In this document: positions 42,324-51,917 of the stretch, piece after piece
How the letters are laid out: each line of letters starts with the position of its first letter
How positions within the stretch are numbered: position 1 is the stretch's first letter
DNA from: Chloroflexota bacterium
Lineage (GTDB): Bacteria > Chloroflexota > Limnocylindria > Limnocylindrales > CSP1-4
Length of the DNA: 64,000 nucleotides
Assembly: GCA_021786385.1 (NCBI GenBank)
Contig: JAJYNJ010000054.1
Location: forward strand, 12,810-76,809
Direction: 5' to 3'
The notes under the pieces: model-generated
Seen by the model: the letters and a program-made list of their open reading frames with translations, nothing else
Databases searched by the model: none
What the model was told of the DNA's origin: nothing
Made by a program: the position numbers and the translations under genes

Positions 42324-43576
42324 GGGGACGCCGGCTCCTGCGCGTCCTGGCCCGCAACTGGCCACTGCGCCTCGGAGCCATCGCCTTGGCGATCGTGCTC
42401 TACCTGGGGCTCGTGATCTCGCAGAACGTGCGGACCTGGAACGGCCCGGTGCCGATCGACGCCATCGACCAGCCGCCGGGGACGTACCTCCTGGCCAGCC
42501 TGGGCGACGTGACGCTCGTGCAGTACATCGCGCCGATCGACGTTGCGGCGCAGGTCACGAGCTCGTCGTTCGTCGCCACGGCCGATCTGGCCGGCGTGAG
42601 CGCCCAGCCGGGTGGCGCGCCCGTGAGCGTCCCCGTGCGGGTTGTCGCGCGCGATCAGCGGATCCAGATCGTGAGCTGGGAGCCCGCCACCGTCGTCGCC
42701 CGGCTCGACCCCGTCGTCAGCCAGCAGGTGCCGGTTCAGGTCGAGCGCGGGGCGGTGCCCCCCGGGCTGACCGCCGGCCAGCCGACGGTGAGCCCGTCGA
42801 CCGTGACCGTGCGAGGGGCGAGTTCGCTGGTCTCCCAGGTCGCCGCAGCCGAGGCCCGCGTGTCGATCGCCGCGAGCGGGGCCAACGTCGACACCAATGT
42901 CGACCTGATCGCGGTGGACGGACGGGGGCACGTCGTCGCCCCCGTCGAGATCGAGCCGCCCAGCGTGCACGTCACGATCCCGGTCGGGGAGCAGCAGGTG
43001 AACCGCACGCTGCCGATCGTCCCGAACGTGACCGGCACGCTCGCCGTCGGATACGCGATCCGCGACGTGACGGTCACCCCGCTCACCGCGACCGTCAGCG
43101 GCGCCGGGGCCACGGTCGAGTCGCTGACGGGCGTGTCGACCGCGCCGATCGACGTCAACGGCCGGAGCAGCGACCTCGTGACGACCGTGGCGCTGCAACC
43201 GCCATCTGGCGTAACGGTCATCGGGTCGTCCAAAGTCCAGGTGCGCGTCCACCTCATGGTGGAGACGGGGTCCCGCAGTTTCGGGGCGGGCGTGGTGCTG
43301 GTCGGCACGCGTCCGGATCGCACCTACACGCTCTCGGCGCCGGACGTACTGGTGACGCTCGGCGGTCCCAGCACCGCGCTCGACCTGGTCGATCCGACCA
43401 CACTCTACGCGGTCGCGAGCGTCGCCGGACTCGATGCGGGGACCTTCACGGTGCCCGTCCGCTTCAGCGCCCCCAACGGCACCTCGCTCGTGGCGATCAG
43501 CCCGACGTCGATCACGGTGACGATCGCGCCGCCGCCCAGTCCGTCTCCATCCGCCTCCAGCAGCCCGGGGTTCTGA
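42320..43576 (+). CDS. cdaR: CdaR/YbbR-domain regulator of CdaA
   Basis: N-terminal TM helix then repeated beta-rich YbbR-like units (P..VTVRG, V.V.LGG); synteny. Confidence 0.88.
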   Translation: MRGRRLLRVLARNWPLRLGAIALAIVLYLGLVISQNVRTWNGPVPIDAIDQPPGTYLLASLGDVTLVQYIAPIDVAAQVTSSSFVATADLAGVSAQPGGAPVSVPVRVVARDQRIQIVSWEPATVVARLDPVVSQQVPVQVERGAVPPGLTAGQPTVSPSTVTVRGASSLVSQVAAAEARVSIAASGANVDTNVDLIAVDGRGHVVAPVEIEPPSVHVTIPVGEQQVNRTLPIVPNVTGTLAVGYAIRDVTVTPLTATVSGAGATVESLTGVSTAPIDVNGRSSDLVTTVALQPPSGVTVIGSSKVQVRVHLMVETGSRSFGAGVVLVGTRPDRTYTLSAPDVLVTLGGPSTALDLVDPTTLYAVASVAGLDAGTFTVPVRFSAPNGTSLVAISPTSITVTIAPPPSPSPSASSSPGF

Positions 43577-43578
43577 GC

Positions 43579-44919
43579 ATGGCCCGCCTCTTCGGCACCG
43601 ACGGGATCCGCGGTATCGCGAACGTCGACCTCAAGCCGACCCTGGCCTACGCTCTGGGCCGCGCGACGGCCCACCTGCTGGCGCGCGGGCAGGGCCCCAT
43701 CGTGCTCGGACAGGACACGCGGCGTTCGGGCGACATGCTGGCCGCGGCGATCGTCGCGGGTGCAACCTCGATGGGTGTCGACGTGCACCGCGCCGGTGTG
43801 CTGCCGACGCCCGCCCTGGCGCACCTGGCCGGGACCGGCGAGTTCGCGGCCGGCATCGTCGTCTCGGCATCCCACAACCCGGCCGACGATAACGGGCTCA
43901 AGGTGCTCGACCGGCGCGGCATCAAGCTCGACGACGCGCTCGAGGACGAGCTCGATACGTTGATCTGGCGCGCCGACGAGCTCCCGAGCCCGACGAACGC
44001 CGGGATCGGACGGGACGTCGATGCCCGCCACCTCGTGGAGCGCTACGTTGCTCATCGGGTGGAGCTGGCGCGCCGCAGTCCCAACGATCTGCGCGTGGTG
44101 GTCGACTGCGCGAACGGGTCCGGGTGTCCCGTAGCGGACCGCATCTTGGCCGCGAGCGGCGCGCACGTCACGACGATCCACGACCGCCCTGACGGTGTCA
44201 ACATCAACCAGGACTGTGGTGCCACGCATCCCGAATCGCTCGCCGCGTACGTCGCGGAGCACGGAGCCGACGTGGGCTTCGCGCTCGACGGCGACGCCGA
44301 CCGCTGCGTTGCGGTCGACGAGCGGGGACGGGTGGTCGACGGCGACCGCCTGATCGGGCTGATCGCGCTCGACCGGCTGGCGCGCACGGCGCTCGCTGGG
44401 TGCACCGTGGTCGTCAGCGTCCTCTCCAACGGCGGTCTCGCCGCGGCGATCCAGCGGGCCGGCGGCCAGGTGGTGCGCACGCCCGTCGGCGACAAGTACA
44501 TCCTCGACGCCATGCTCGTGTCGGGCGCCGGACTCGGCGGCGAGAAGAGCGGGCACGTGATCGTGGCCGAACATGCCAACGCCGGCGACGGGATCGTCAC
44601 GGCGCTCGAGGTCCTCGGTATCCTGGCTCGGCGGGGACGGCGGCTCTCCGAGCTCGTCGATGAAATCCCGCTCTACCCGCAGCAGCAGCGCAGCGTCCGC
44701 GTGCGGCACAAGGACCAATGGGACGCCGACCCCGCGCTCAGGGCCGCGATCCGGGCGGCGGAAGCCGAGCTCGCGGACGGCGGCCGCGTGCTGGTGCGGC
44801 CGTCCGGGACAGAGCCCGTGCTGCGGATCATGGTCGAGGGCGAGGACGACGGGGTCGTCGCCACCCTTGCCGACCGGCTCGCCGTGCTTGCGGCGCAGCG
44901 ACTCAACCAGCCCGCCTGA
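43579..44919 (+). CDS. glmM: Phosphoglucosamine mutase
   Basis: LFGTDGIRG, SASHNP, DGDADR, RPSGTEP. Confidence 0.96.
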   Translation: MARLFGTDGIRGIANVDLKPTLAYALGRATAHLLARGQGPIVLGQDTRRSGDMLAAAIVAGATSMGVDVHRAGVLPTPALAHLAGTGEFAAGIVVSASHNPADDNGLKVLDRRGIKLDDALEDELDTLIWRADELPSPTNAGIGRDVDARHLVERYVAHRVELARRSPNDLRVVVDCANGSGCPVADRILAASGAHVTTIHDRPDGVNINQDCGATHPESLAAYVAEHGADVGFALDGDADRCVAVDERGRVVDGDRLIGLIALDRLARTALAGCTVVVSVLSNGGLAAAIQRAGGQVVRTPVGDKYILDAMLVSGAGLGGEKSGHVIVAEHANAGDGIVTALEVLGILARRGRRLSELVDEIPLYPQQQRSVRVRHKDQWDADPALRAAIRAAEAELADGGRVLVRPSGTEPVLRIMVEGEDDGVVATLADRLAVLAAQRLNQPA

Positions 44920-44942
44920 CGCGGGGACAGGAGGGCACGACC

Positions 44943-46769
44943 ATGTGTGGCATCGTCGGCTACAGCGGACCGCGCGAGGCGGCGCCGATCCTTCTGGACG
45001 GGCTGGCGCGGCTGGAGTACCGCGGCTACGACTCGGCGGGTATCGCGCTCATCCGGGGGGACGGGTCGGTCTTCATCGAGAAGAAGGCGGGTAAGCTCGA
45101 GAACCTGCGCCACGCCATCGGGGAGACCCTGCCGTCCTCCGGCGTGGGCCTCGCCCACACCCGTTGGGCGACCCACGGCCGCCCGAACGACCTCAACGCG
45201 CATCCGCACAGCGACTGCAGCGGCGACATCGTGGTGATCCACAACGGGATCATCGAGAACTTCCGCGCACTACGCGACGGGCTCGAGGCACGCGGCCACC
45301 GGCTGACGTCGGAGACCGACACGGAGGCGCTGGCCCACCTGATCGAGGAGGAGTACACGGGCGACGTCGGCGAGGCCGTGCGGCGTGCGCTCGGACGCGT
45401 GGCGGGGGCCTATGCGCTCGTGGTGCTCCATCGCGGCGAACCGGGCCGCCTCATCGGAGCCCGCATGAACGTGCCGCTGATCGTTGGGCTAGGCGACGGT
45501 GAGAACTTCGTGGCCTCGGATGTGGCGGCGGTACTGGCGCACACGAAGCGTGTCATCTTCCTCGAGGAGGGCGATCTCGTGGATCTCGACCCGCGGGCGG
45601 TGCGCATCACCGGTCTCGACGGCGTGCTGCGAGAACGTGCGGTGCATACGATCGACTGGACGATCGAGGCCGCGGAAAAGGGCGGCTACCCCCACTTCAT
45701 GCTCAAAGAGATGCACGAGCAGCCCGATGCGATCCGGGCGGCGATCACGGGACGCCTGGCGGGGGATGCGATCGTCCTCGAGGAGCTCGAAGCGGTACGC
45801 GACGCCCTTGTACGCGCGGAGCGGGTGGAGTTCGTCGCCTGCGGCACGGCCGCCTACGCCAGCCTCGTCGGTGCGCAGCTCGTCGAGGCATGGGCCGGCG
45901 TGCCGGCTCGCGTGACGGTCGCCTCGGAGTTTCGGTACGCCCCCCCGCCGCTCGACGAGCGCACGCTCGTGGTCGCCGTGAGCCAGTCCGGCGAGACCGC
46001 GGATACCCTGGCGGCGACTCGCCTGGCCCGTGAGAGGGGTTGTCCGATTGTCGCGGTCACCAACACGGTCGGCTCGGCGCTGACGCGCGAGGCGAGCGCC
46101 GTCTGCTTCCTGCAAGCCGGACCCGAAGTGGCCGTCGCCGCCACGAAAACGTTCGTGGCGCAGGTCACGGTGGTGGTCCTGCTGGCGGCCGAGCTCGCTC
46201 GCGTGCGGGGCCGCCTAGACCGTGAGCAGGAGCGGGAGCTGGTGGCCGCGCTGCGGGCGCTGCCGGCGCAGGCGCGCCGTGCGCTGGAACTCGGGCCGCT
46301 TGTGCGGGACGTGGCGCAGCGGTACGTGAACAGCCAGGGGTTCATGTTCGTCGGGCGCGGCGTGGGCTACCCTGCGGCGCTAGAGGGCGCGCTGAAACTC
46401 AAGGAGGTGAGCTACACGCACGCCGAGGGGTATGCCGCGGGCGAACTGAAACACGGGCCGATCTCACTGCTCGACGCGGAGGTTCCGCTGGTCGCGGTGG
46501 CCACACGGTCCGCGGTCTATGACAAGCTGGTCAGCAACGTCATGGAGGGCCGAGCGCGGGATGCGCGGGTGATCGCCGTCGCCACGGAGGGCGACGAGGA
46601 GATCCGCCGCTACGCCGACGATCTCTTCGCGGTCCCGGCCACGCTGGAGGCGCTCAGTCCGATCCTGGCCGTGATCCCGCTGCAGCTCTTCGCCTACTAC
46701 ATGGCCGTGGCGCGCGGCACGGACGTGGATCAGCCGCGCAACCTGGCCAAGTCGGTGACGGTGGAGTAG
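44943..46769 (+). CDS. glmS: Glutamine-fructose-6-phosphate aminotransferase
   Basis: MCGIVG, HTRWATHG, SQSGETAD, PRNLAKSVTVE. Confidence 0.98.
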   Translation: MCGIVGYSGPREAAPILLDGLARLEYRGYDSAGIALIRGDGSVFIEKKAGKLENLRHAIGETLPSSGVGLAHTRWATHGRPNDLNAHPHSDCSGDIVVIHNGIIENFRALRDGLEARGHRLTSETDTEALAHLIEEEYTGDVGEAVRRALGRVAGAYALVVLHRGEPGRLIGARMNVPLIVGLGDGENFVASDVAAVLAHTKRVIFLEEGDLVDLDPRAVRITGLDGVLRERAVHTIDWTIEAAEKGGYPHFMLKEMHEQPDAIRAAITGRLAGDAIVLEELEAVRDALVRAERVEFVACGTAAYASLVGAQLVEAWAGVPARVTVASEFRYAPPPLDERTLVVAVSQSGETADTLAATRLARERGCPIVAVTNTVGSALTREASAVCFLQAGPEVAVAATKTFVAQVTVVVLLAAELARVRGRLDREQERELVAALRALPAQARRALELGPLVRDVAQRYVNSQGFMFVGRGVGYPAALEGALKLKEVSYTHAEGYAAGELKHGPISLLDAEVPLVAVATRSAVYDKLVSNVMEGRARDARVIAVATEGDEEIRRYADDLFAVPATLEALSPILAVIPLQLFAYYMAVARGTDVDQPRNLAKSVTVE

Positions 46770-46773
46770 GCCG

Positions 46774-47400
46774 ATGGCGTCGCAGGCGGCGCGCGCGCGG
46801 AACGGCCGGGGCCGTGCAGCGGAAACCCGTGGGCCGACAGCGCGCCCGGTCGCCCCCGACCCGGCGGCTCCCCCCGCCGCCGAACCCCTCGGCACCACGG
46901 AGCTCGGCGTCGACATCGTGCGCGTGGCGCGTATCCGGGAGGCGTTGGAGCGCTTCGGGGCGCGCTTCGCGCGACGCGTCCTCACCGCCGCCGAGGCTTC
47001 CTATGTGCGCACGAACGTGGAGCGGTTCGCCGGCCGCTGGGCGGCCAAAGAGGCCGTCAGCAAGGTGCTCGGACTCGGCGTGCGGGGCGTCGGATGGCGC
47101 GAGATCGAGGTCGTGCGCCTGCCCACCGGGCAGCCCGCGGTGCGCTTGTGGGGCCGCGCTCGAGCCCGTGCGGAACAGCTCGGCATGGGGCACATCGCGC
47201 TCTCGATCACCCACGAGCGCGAATATGCCGTCGCCGTGGCGTCGGGCGTGCGGCGCGCAGGGGGCGCCTTCCTCTTCCCGCCCGACATCGACGAGCGGTT
47301 GGACGAACGGGAGCGCCGTTTGCTGGGGCGGTTGGAGCGGATCCGCGCCCTGGCGGCCGAGTTGCGCGGCGGCGCGGAACCGGGGGAGGGTCCCGCATGA
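46774..47400 (+). CDS. acpS: Holo-ACP synthase with N- and C-terminal extensions
   Basis: LGVDIV, AGRWAAKEAVSK, LSITHE. Confidence 0.9.
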   Translation: MASQAARARNGRGRAAETRGPTARPVAPDPAAPPAAEPLGTTELGVDIVRVARIREALERFGARFARRVLTAAEASYVRTNVERFAGRWAAKEAVSKVLGLGVRGVGWREIEVVRLPTGQPAVRLWGRARARAEQLGMGHIALSITHEREYAVAVASGVRRAGGAFLFPPDIDERLDERERRLLGRLERIRALAAELRGGAEPGEGPA

Positions 47401-48362
47401 GCGGGACCGATCGCGCGCCGCTCCAGGTACTCGACGACGAGCTCGCCGCGGCGTTGCTGCCGACCCGCGGACCGCGCGCGCACAAGGGCGACAACGGCCG
47501 CGTGCTCCTCGTTGCTGGCTCGCTCGACTACGCCGGCGCGGGGCTGTTGGCCAGTCACGCGGCGGGCCGCGCAGGCGCCGGCTTGGTCACGCTCGCCGTG
47601 CCCGCCTCCCTCCAGCCGGTGGTGGCGGGACGTTACGTCGAGGTGATCACGCTCGGCCTGCCCGAGGTGTCGCCGTTCGAGGTCGACCCCGCGGCTGCAG
47701 TCGCGCTGCTGGAGGCGGTGCCCCACGACGCTCTCGTACTCGGGCCGGGGCTGCGCCGTTGCGACGCCACCGACACGCTCGTGCGCCTGCTCCTTGCGAC
47801 GCCGGGCAGCGCGGCCGTCGTCGACGCGGAGGCGCTCAACGCCCTTTCACGTACGCCGGAGTGGCCCGGGCAGGTCCGGCGCCGCTGCGTGTTGACGCCG
47901 CACCCGGGCGAGTTCCGCCGGCTGCAGCCCGCCGTGACGGGGGATCTCTCGGGGGACGACGATGCACGCGAGGGCGCGGCACGCGGGGCGGCTGAGATCT
48001 GGGGCCAGGTGGTGGTGCTGAAGGGGGCGCGCACCGTGGTGGCGGCTCCGGACGGAGCGGCCGCGCGCGCGCCGTTCGAGAACCCGGCGCTCGGCACGGG
48101 CGGGACGGGGGACGTCCTGGCGGGCACGATCGGGGCGCTGCTGGGGCAACGCCTGGATCCGTACGCGGCGGCCCGGCTCGGCGTGTACCTGCACGGGGCG
48201 GCGGGCGAGGCGATCCGCGAGCGGCTCGGCGACAGCGGGTTGCTGGCCTCCGATCTGCCGTGGGAGATCGCTCACGCGCGGCACCGCCTGGCTCGCCGCC
48301 GCGAGCACCGCAGCGGCGGTGAGCGTCGCGTGGGCTTCGCCCTGCGTGCGGACCTCCTGTGA
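47397..48362 (+). CDS. nnrD: NAD(P)HX dehydratase, stand-alone
   Basis: HKGDNG, GAGLV, GPGL, LTPHPGEF, LKG, GTGDVLAG. Confidence 0.92.
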   Translation: MSGTDRAPLQVLDDELAAALLPTRGPRAHKGDNGRVLLVAGSLDYAGAGLLASHAAGRAGAGLVTLAVPASLQPVVAGRYVEVITLGLPEVSPFEVDPAAAVALLEAVPHDALVLGPGLRRCDATDTLVRLLLATPGSAAVVDAEALNALSRTPEWPGQVRRRCVLTPHPGEFRRLQPAVTGDLSGDDDAREGAARGAAEIWGQVVVLKGARTVVAAPDGAAARAPFENPALGTGGTGDVLAGTIGALLGQRLDPYAAARLGVYLHGAAGEAIRERLGDSGLLASDLPWEIAHARHRLARRREHRSGGERRVGFALRADLL

Positions 48363-49606
48363 GCGTGCCCGCGACGCCGATCGAGCAGCGCCTGGCCGAC
48401 GCCGGTCTGCCGCCCTTGCCTCGCCGCGCGTGGCTGGAGATCGACGTGGCCGCCCTGACCTCGAACGTGGCGACGTTGCGCGCGCTGCTGGCGCCCGGCG
48501 TCCGTCTCGCGGCGGTCGTGAAGGCCGATGCCTACGGCCACGGGCTGCTGCCGGCCGCCCGGGCCTTCGCCGAGGCCGGCGTCGATGCCCTCTGTGTCGC
48601 CACCCTGGACGAGGCGCTGGCGGTGGCCGGCGCTGGCGTCGGTGTGCCGGTGCTGCTGCTCTACGAGCCACCGCCCGACGGGTTCACCGTGGCCGCCGCT
48701 GCGGGGGTCGAGGTGACCGTGGCGAGCGAGGCCACGGTCGAGCGAGTCGCCGCCTGCGGACCGCAGGCCATCCCGTTGCGCGTCCACCTCGAGGTCGATA
48801 CCGGCCTGCGCCGCGCCGGCGTCCTCCCCGAGCGCGTCGCGGCCGCGGCCGCCCGGCTGGCGGAAGCGCCTGGGGCCGCGCTGGTCGGTCTCTGGACGCA
48901 TCTGGCGAGCGCCCACGACGCCGCGGCCTCGGGGGAGCAGGCGGAGCGCTTTGCGCGTGCCTGCGCGGGCCTGGCGGACGTCGTGGCGCGGCCCGTGGTG
49001 CGCCACATCTCGGCCACCGGGGGGCTGCTCGCCGCGTCGGCGCCCCAGCTCGACATGGTGCGCATCGGGCTCGCGCTCTACGGGCTGCTCCCCGAGGCGC
49101 TGCCGATCGCACCCGCCGCACGCGACGCAGCCCAGGCGCTCCGACCCGCGATGTCGCTGCATGCCCGTCCGCTCCGTGTAGCGGAGGTCGCGCCAGGCGA
49201 AGGCGTGGGGTACGGCTCGCGCTGGCGCGCCGCGCGGCCTTCCCGGGTGGCCACGCTGCCGGTCGGGTACGGCGACGGCTGGTCCTACGGGTCCGCGGGT
49301 CGCACCTTCGCGCTCGTGCGCGGACGGCGTGTCCCGCTGATCGGCAGCGTGGCGATGGACGCGGTCGCCGCGGACGTGACCGACGTGCCGGGCGTCACCT
49401 CCGACGACGAGTTCGTTCTGCTCGGGGCGCAGGGCGGCGCGCAGATCGGCGCCCTCGAACTGGCGCAGCAGCGCACCACGATCCCCTGGGAGGTCGTCAC
49501 GTCCATGGCGTCCCGCTTGCCCCGCGTGTACGATGCTGCCGGCAACGTGTTGAGCGTTCGGACGCTTGCCGGCGAGATGCGGCGGGGCGACGCGAGGGCA
49601 GTGTGA
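48359..49606 (+). CDS. alr: Alanine racemase
   Basis: AVVKADAYGHG, VGYG, PVGYGDG, VAMD. Confidence 0.95.
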   Translation: MSVPATPIEQRLADAGLPPLPRRAWLEIDVAALTSNVATLRALLAPGVRLAAVVKADAYGHGLLPAARAFAEAGVDALCVATLDEALAVAGAGVGVPVLLLYEPPPDGFTVAAAAGVEVTVASEATVERVAACGPQAIPLRVHLEVDTGLRRAGVLPERVAAAAARLAEAPGAALVGLWTHLASAHDAAASGEQAERFARACAGLADVVARPVVRHISATGGLLAASAPQLDMVRIGLALYGLLPEALPIAPAARDAAQALRPAMSLHARPLRVAEVAPGEGVGYGSRWRAARPSRVATLPVGYGDGWSYGSAGRTFALVRGRRVPLIGSVAMDAVAADVTDVPGVTSDDEFVLLGAQGGAQIGALELAQQRTTIPWEVVTSMASRLPRVYDAAGNVLSVRTLAGEMRRGDARAV

Positions 49607-49821
49607 GCGGCATCAGACTCTGGAACGGCGACATCTGCGACCTCGAGGTCGACGCGATCGTGGTGCCGACCACGACGACGCTCTGGATGACCTCCGGCGC
49701 GGCCCTGCGGCTCGCCGATCAGATGGGGCTGCAGACGGTTGCCTTCCTGGCGCTTGGATCGCCTCTCGACGCAACTGGCACGGCGGCCGACGCGCCCCCT
49801 CGGTCGTGGGATCGGTCATGA
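49603..49821 (+). pseudogene. Macrodomain (ADP-ribose-binding) remnant with large internal deletion
   Basis: IRLWNGDICDLEVDAIV...LWMTSG joined directly to ALRLADQMGLQTVAFLALGS; only 72 aa. Confidence 0.65.
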
Positions 49822-49831
49822 GGACGTCCCG

Positions 49832-50125
49832 ATGAGCGAGCCGCGGTTCGGAAACCCCGAAGAGGTGCAGGACGAGCTAGTGGAGGCCGTCGCCCGCGAG
49901 GTGCAGATGCGCGGGCTCACGACGACCATGGTGCTCTTCCTTGAGGCAAGCCGGCCCTACCGTTCCCTGGGGAGTCAGGCGATGCTCTTCTTCGATCCGG
50001 TGCTGCGAGGGATTCTCACCGGTGGGGTCGCGGGCGTCGACCGGGTGCTGGCCGATGAAAGCGGGATCGAGCGGCTGATCGAGCGGCTCGAGGAGCTCGA
50101 CGAGGAGTCGCGCTGGGACGCCTGA
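49832..50125 (+). CDS. Conserved-looking small hypothetical protein (97 aa)
   Basis: LFLEASRPYRSLGSQAMLFFDP core, acidic helical ends; GAGGA SD. Confidence 0.7.
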   Translation: MSEPRFGNPEEVQDELVEAVAREVQMRGLTTTMVLFLEASRPYRSLGSQAMLFFDPVLRGILTGGVAGVDRVLADESGIERLIERLEELDEESRWDA

Positions 50126-50315
50126 GCCGGCGCACGGAGCTGTCACCGGCCGACGCTATCCGGCGGAGGGCCGCGTCGTGAACGGAAACGCGGCGAGCCG
50201 TCGTGGTGGGCGCAGCCCGTGGTGCGCACAGCGCTGCTGCGCCCGGTCCACCAGGCAGCCGGCCCGCCGTGCGGCGCGCCCAACGTCGGGCTGAGCGGCC
50301 GGGTACGATTGCGGC

Positions 50316-51917
50316 GTGACCTCCGGTCCCCACGCGTTCTTCACCATCGACATCGGCTCGGCGACGGTCGCGGCCGCGCTTGTGGCCCGCGTCGACGGTC
50401 GCTGGCGGCTGCTCGGCGCGGCTGCAGCGCCGGCGTCGGTCGCGGTCGACGCGCTGCTGGGCGACCTGGCCGCGCGGGCCAGTGCGGCCGAGCCGGACTT
50501 GCTCCCCGATGCCGCCGCATGGTCGGACTGGGCGCGCGTCGAGAGCCGCACGCTCCCGCCGCCCCGCCTGGTGCTCGCCGGGCCCTCGGAGCGCGCCGCC
50601 GAGCCGCTCCTGCGCGCGTTCACGAGCGATGGGTGGGAGACGACCGCTCACGTGACGCCCGAGCGCAGCGGAGCGCTCGACGCGGCCCGCGCGCTCCGCG
50701 ATCCCGACCTCGACCTGGTCGTCGTGGCTGCCCCGGAAGGCCTCGGCAGGGGAGAGCGCGACGCACTCGCCGACCTGCTGGCGCTGATCGGGGCCACGGC
50801 GGCCCTGCGCGACGGGCTGGCGGTGCTCGTGGCGGGCCCTGCGGCTGGCACCATCCCGCAGCTGCCGAGCGAGCGCGTGACCCGCGCCCACGGCGCCGGT
50901 GACGCCGCGGCGATCGCCCGCGAGATGGTCCGCGCGCGCTCCGACGGCCGCGATGCCTTCGTCCGCGCGATCGCGTCGCTTGCCGTCCTGCTCGATCTGC
51001 GGGTGGAGGGTGTCGACGTGGGGCTCGACGCCAGCACACGGGTGCTGGCGGGACCCGATGGCGTGCAGCGGCGCCTGATCCGTGCGGATGCCGCGCTCGT
51101 CCCGCCGATCGCCCTCGACGACCTGGCGGTGCTCGACCGCATCATGCGCTGGTCGCCCGTCGCCGACGACGCCTACGTCGTACGCGATCGCCTTCGCAAC
51201 CTCCGCCTTGCCCCCTGGCGCGACGCGGCCGGGGACGGCGCGCGGCTGCGCCTGGCTGCCGCCCGCGCCGCGCTGGCCCACCTCGACGCGGCGTGGCGCG
51301 AGGAGGCCCGGGAAGGACGAGGGGGCGCCGGCCGCTCCGGGCGCCGTCGCTCCGACGGGATGCTCGCCACCCCCGATCTGCTGGTGGCGAGTGGCGGTGC
51401 GTTCGCGACCGCACCCGGCCCGGCGGTTGCGCTGGCCCTCACGGACACGTTGCGCCGCCCCGGTGCGGTCGCGATGGCGCTCGACCACGCGCGGATCCTG
51501 GCTCCGCTCGGGACCCTCGACGACGAGAGCGACCGGCGCCGGCTGCTGGCGGACCTCCTCGACGATCTTCTGCTGCCGCTGGGCAGTGCGATCGTCGTGC
51601 CCGGTCTGCGACCGGCGCGGAAGGGCAACCTGCGCGTCACCGTCGAGGGGTCGACGACGACGCTGCCGCTGGCGCCGAGCGCCGTACAAGTCGTGGACTT
51701 GCCGCCCGGGCTGGCGGCGACCGCCGAGCTTGACGCGCCGGACGACCTGTTCGTGGGGACCAGGGCGCGGCGGGTCGCCTTCGCGGTCGCGGGCGGGATC
51801 GGCGGATTGTTGGTGGATACGCGCGAGATCCCGCTGCGCCTGCCCGAGCGGCCCGAGCGGCGGCGCGAGCACCTCGACGCCTGGCAGCGACCGCTCTGGA
51901 CGAACGCGGACCCATGA
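50316..51917 (+). CDS. GlmL/MutL (glutamate mutase L)-like actin-fold protein, degenerate
   Basis: N-terminal IDIGSAT phosphate-1-like motif, GVDVG, LLVASGG, C-terminal GGIGGLLVDTR.PL.LP. Confidence 0.6.
   Translation: MTSGPHAFFTIDIGSATVAAALVARVDGRWRLLGAAAAPASVAVDALLGDLAARASAAEPDLLPDAAAWSDWARVESRTLPPPRLVLAGPSERAAEPLLRAFTSDGWETTAHVTPERSGALDAARALRDPDLDLVVVAAPEGLGRGERDALADLLALIGATAALRDGLAVLVAGPAAGTIPQLPSERVTRAHGAGDAAAIAREMVRARSDGRDAFVRAIASLAVLLDLRVEGVDVGLDASTRVLAGPDGVQRRLIRADAALVPPIALDDLAVLDRIMRWSPVADDAYVVRDRLRNLRLAPWRDAAGDGARLRLAAARAALAHLDAAWREEAREGRGGAGRSGRRRSDGMLATPDLLVASGGAFATAPGPAVALALTDTLRRPGAVAMALDHARILAPLGTLDDESDRRRLLADLLDDLLLPLGSAIVVPGLRPARKGNLRVTVEGSTTTLPLAPSAVQVVDLPPGLAATAELDAPDDLFVGTRARRVAFAVAGGIGGLLVDTREIPLRLPERPERRREHLDAWQRPLWTNADP

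Noticed and set aside
42145-44919. Apparent 924-aa GlmM fusion in the ORF track
   Set aside because: The upstream part overlaps cdaR in another frame; the real start is ATG 43579 (MARLFGTDG). The same artefact affects nusG, adk, glmS, nnrD and rimI
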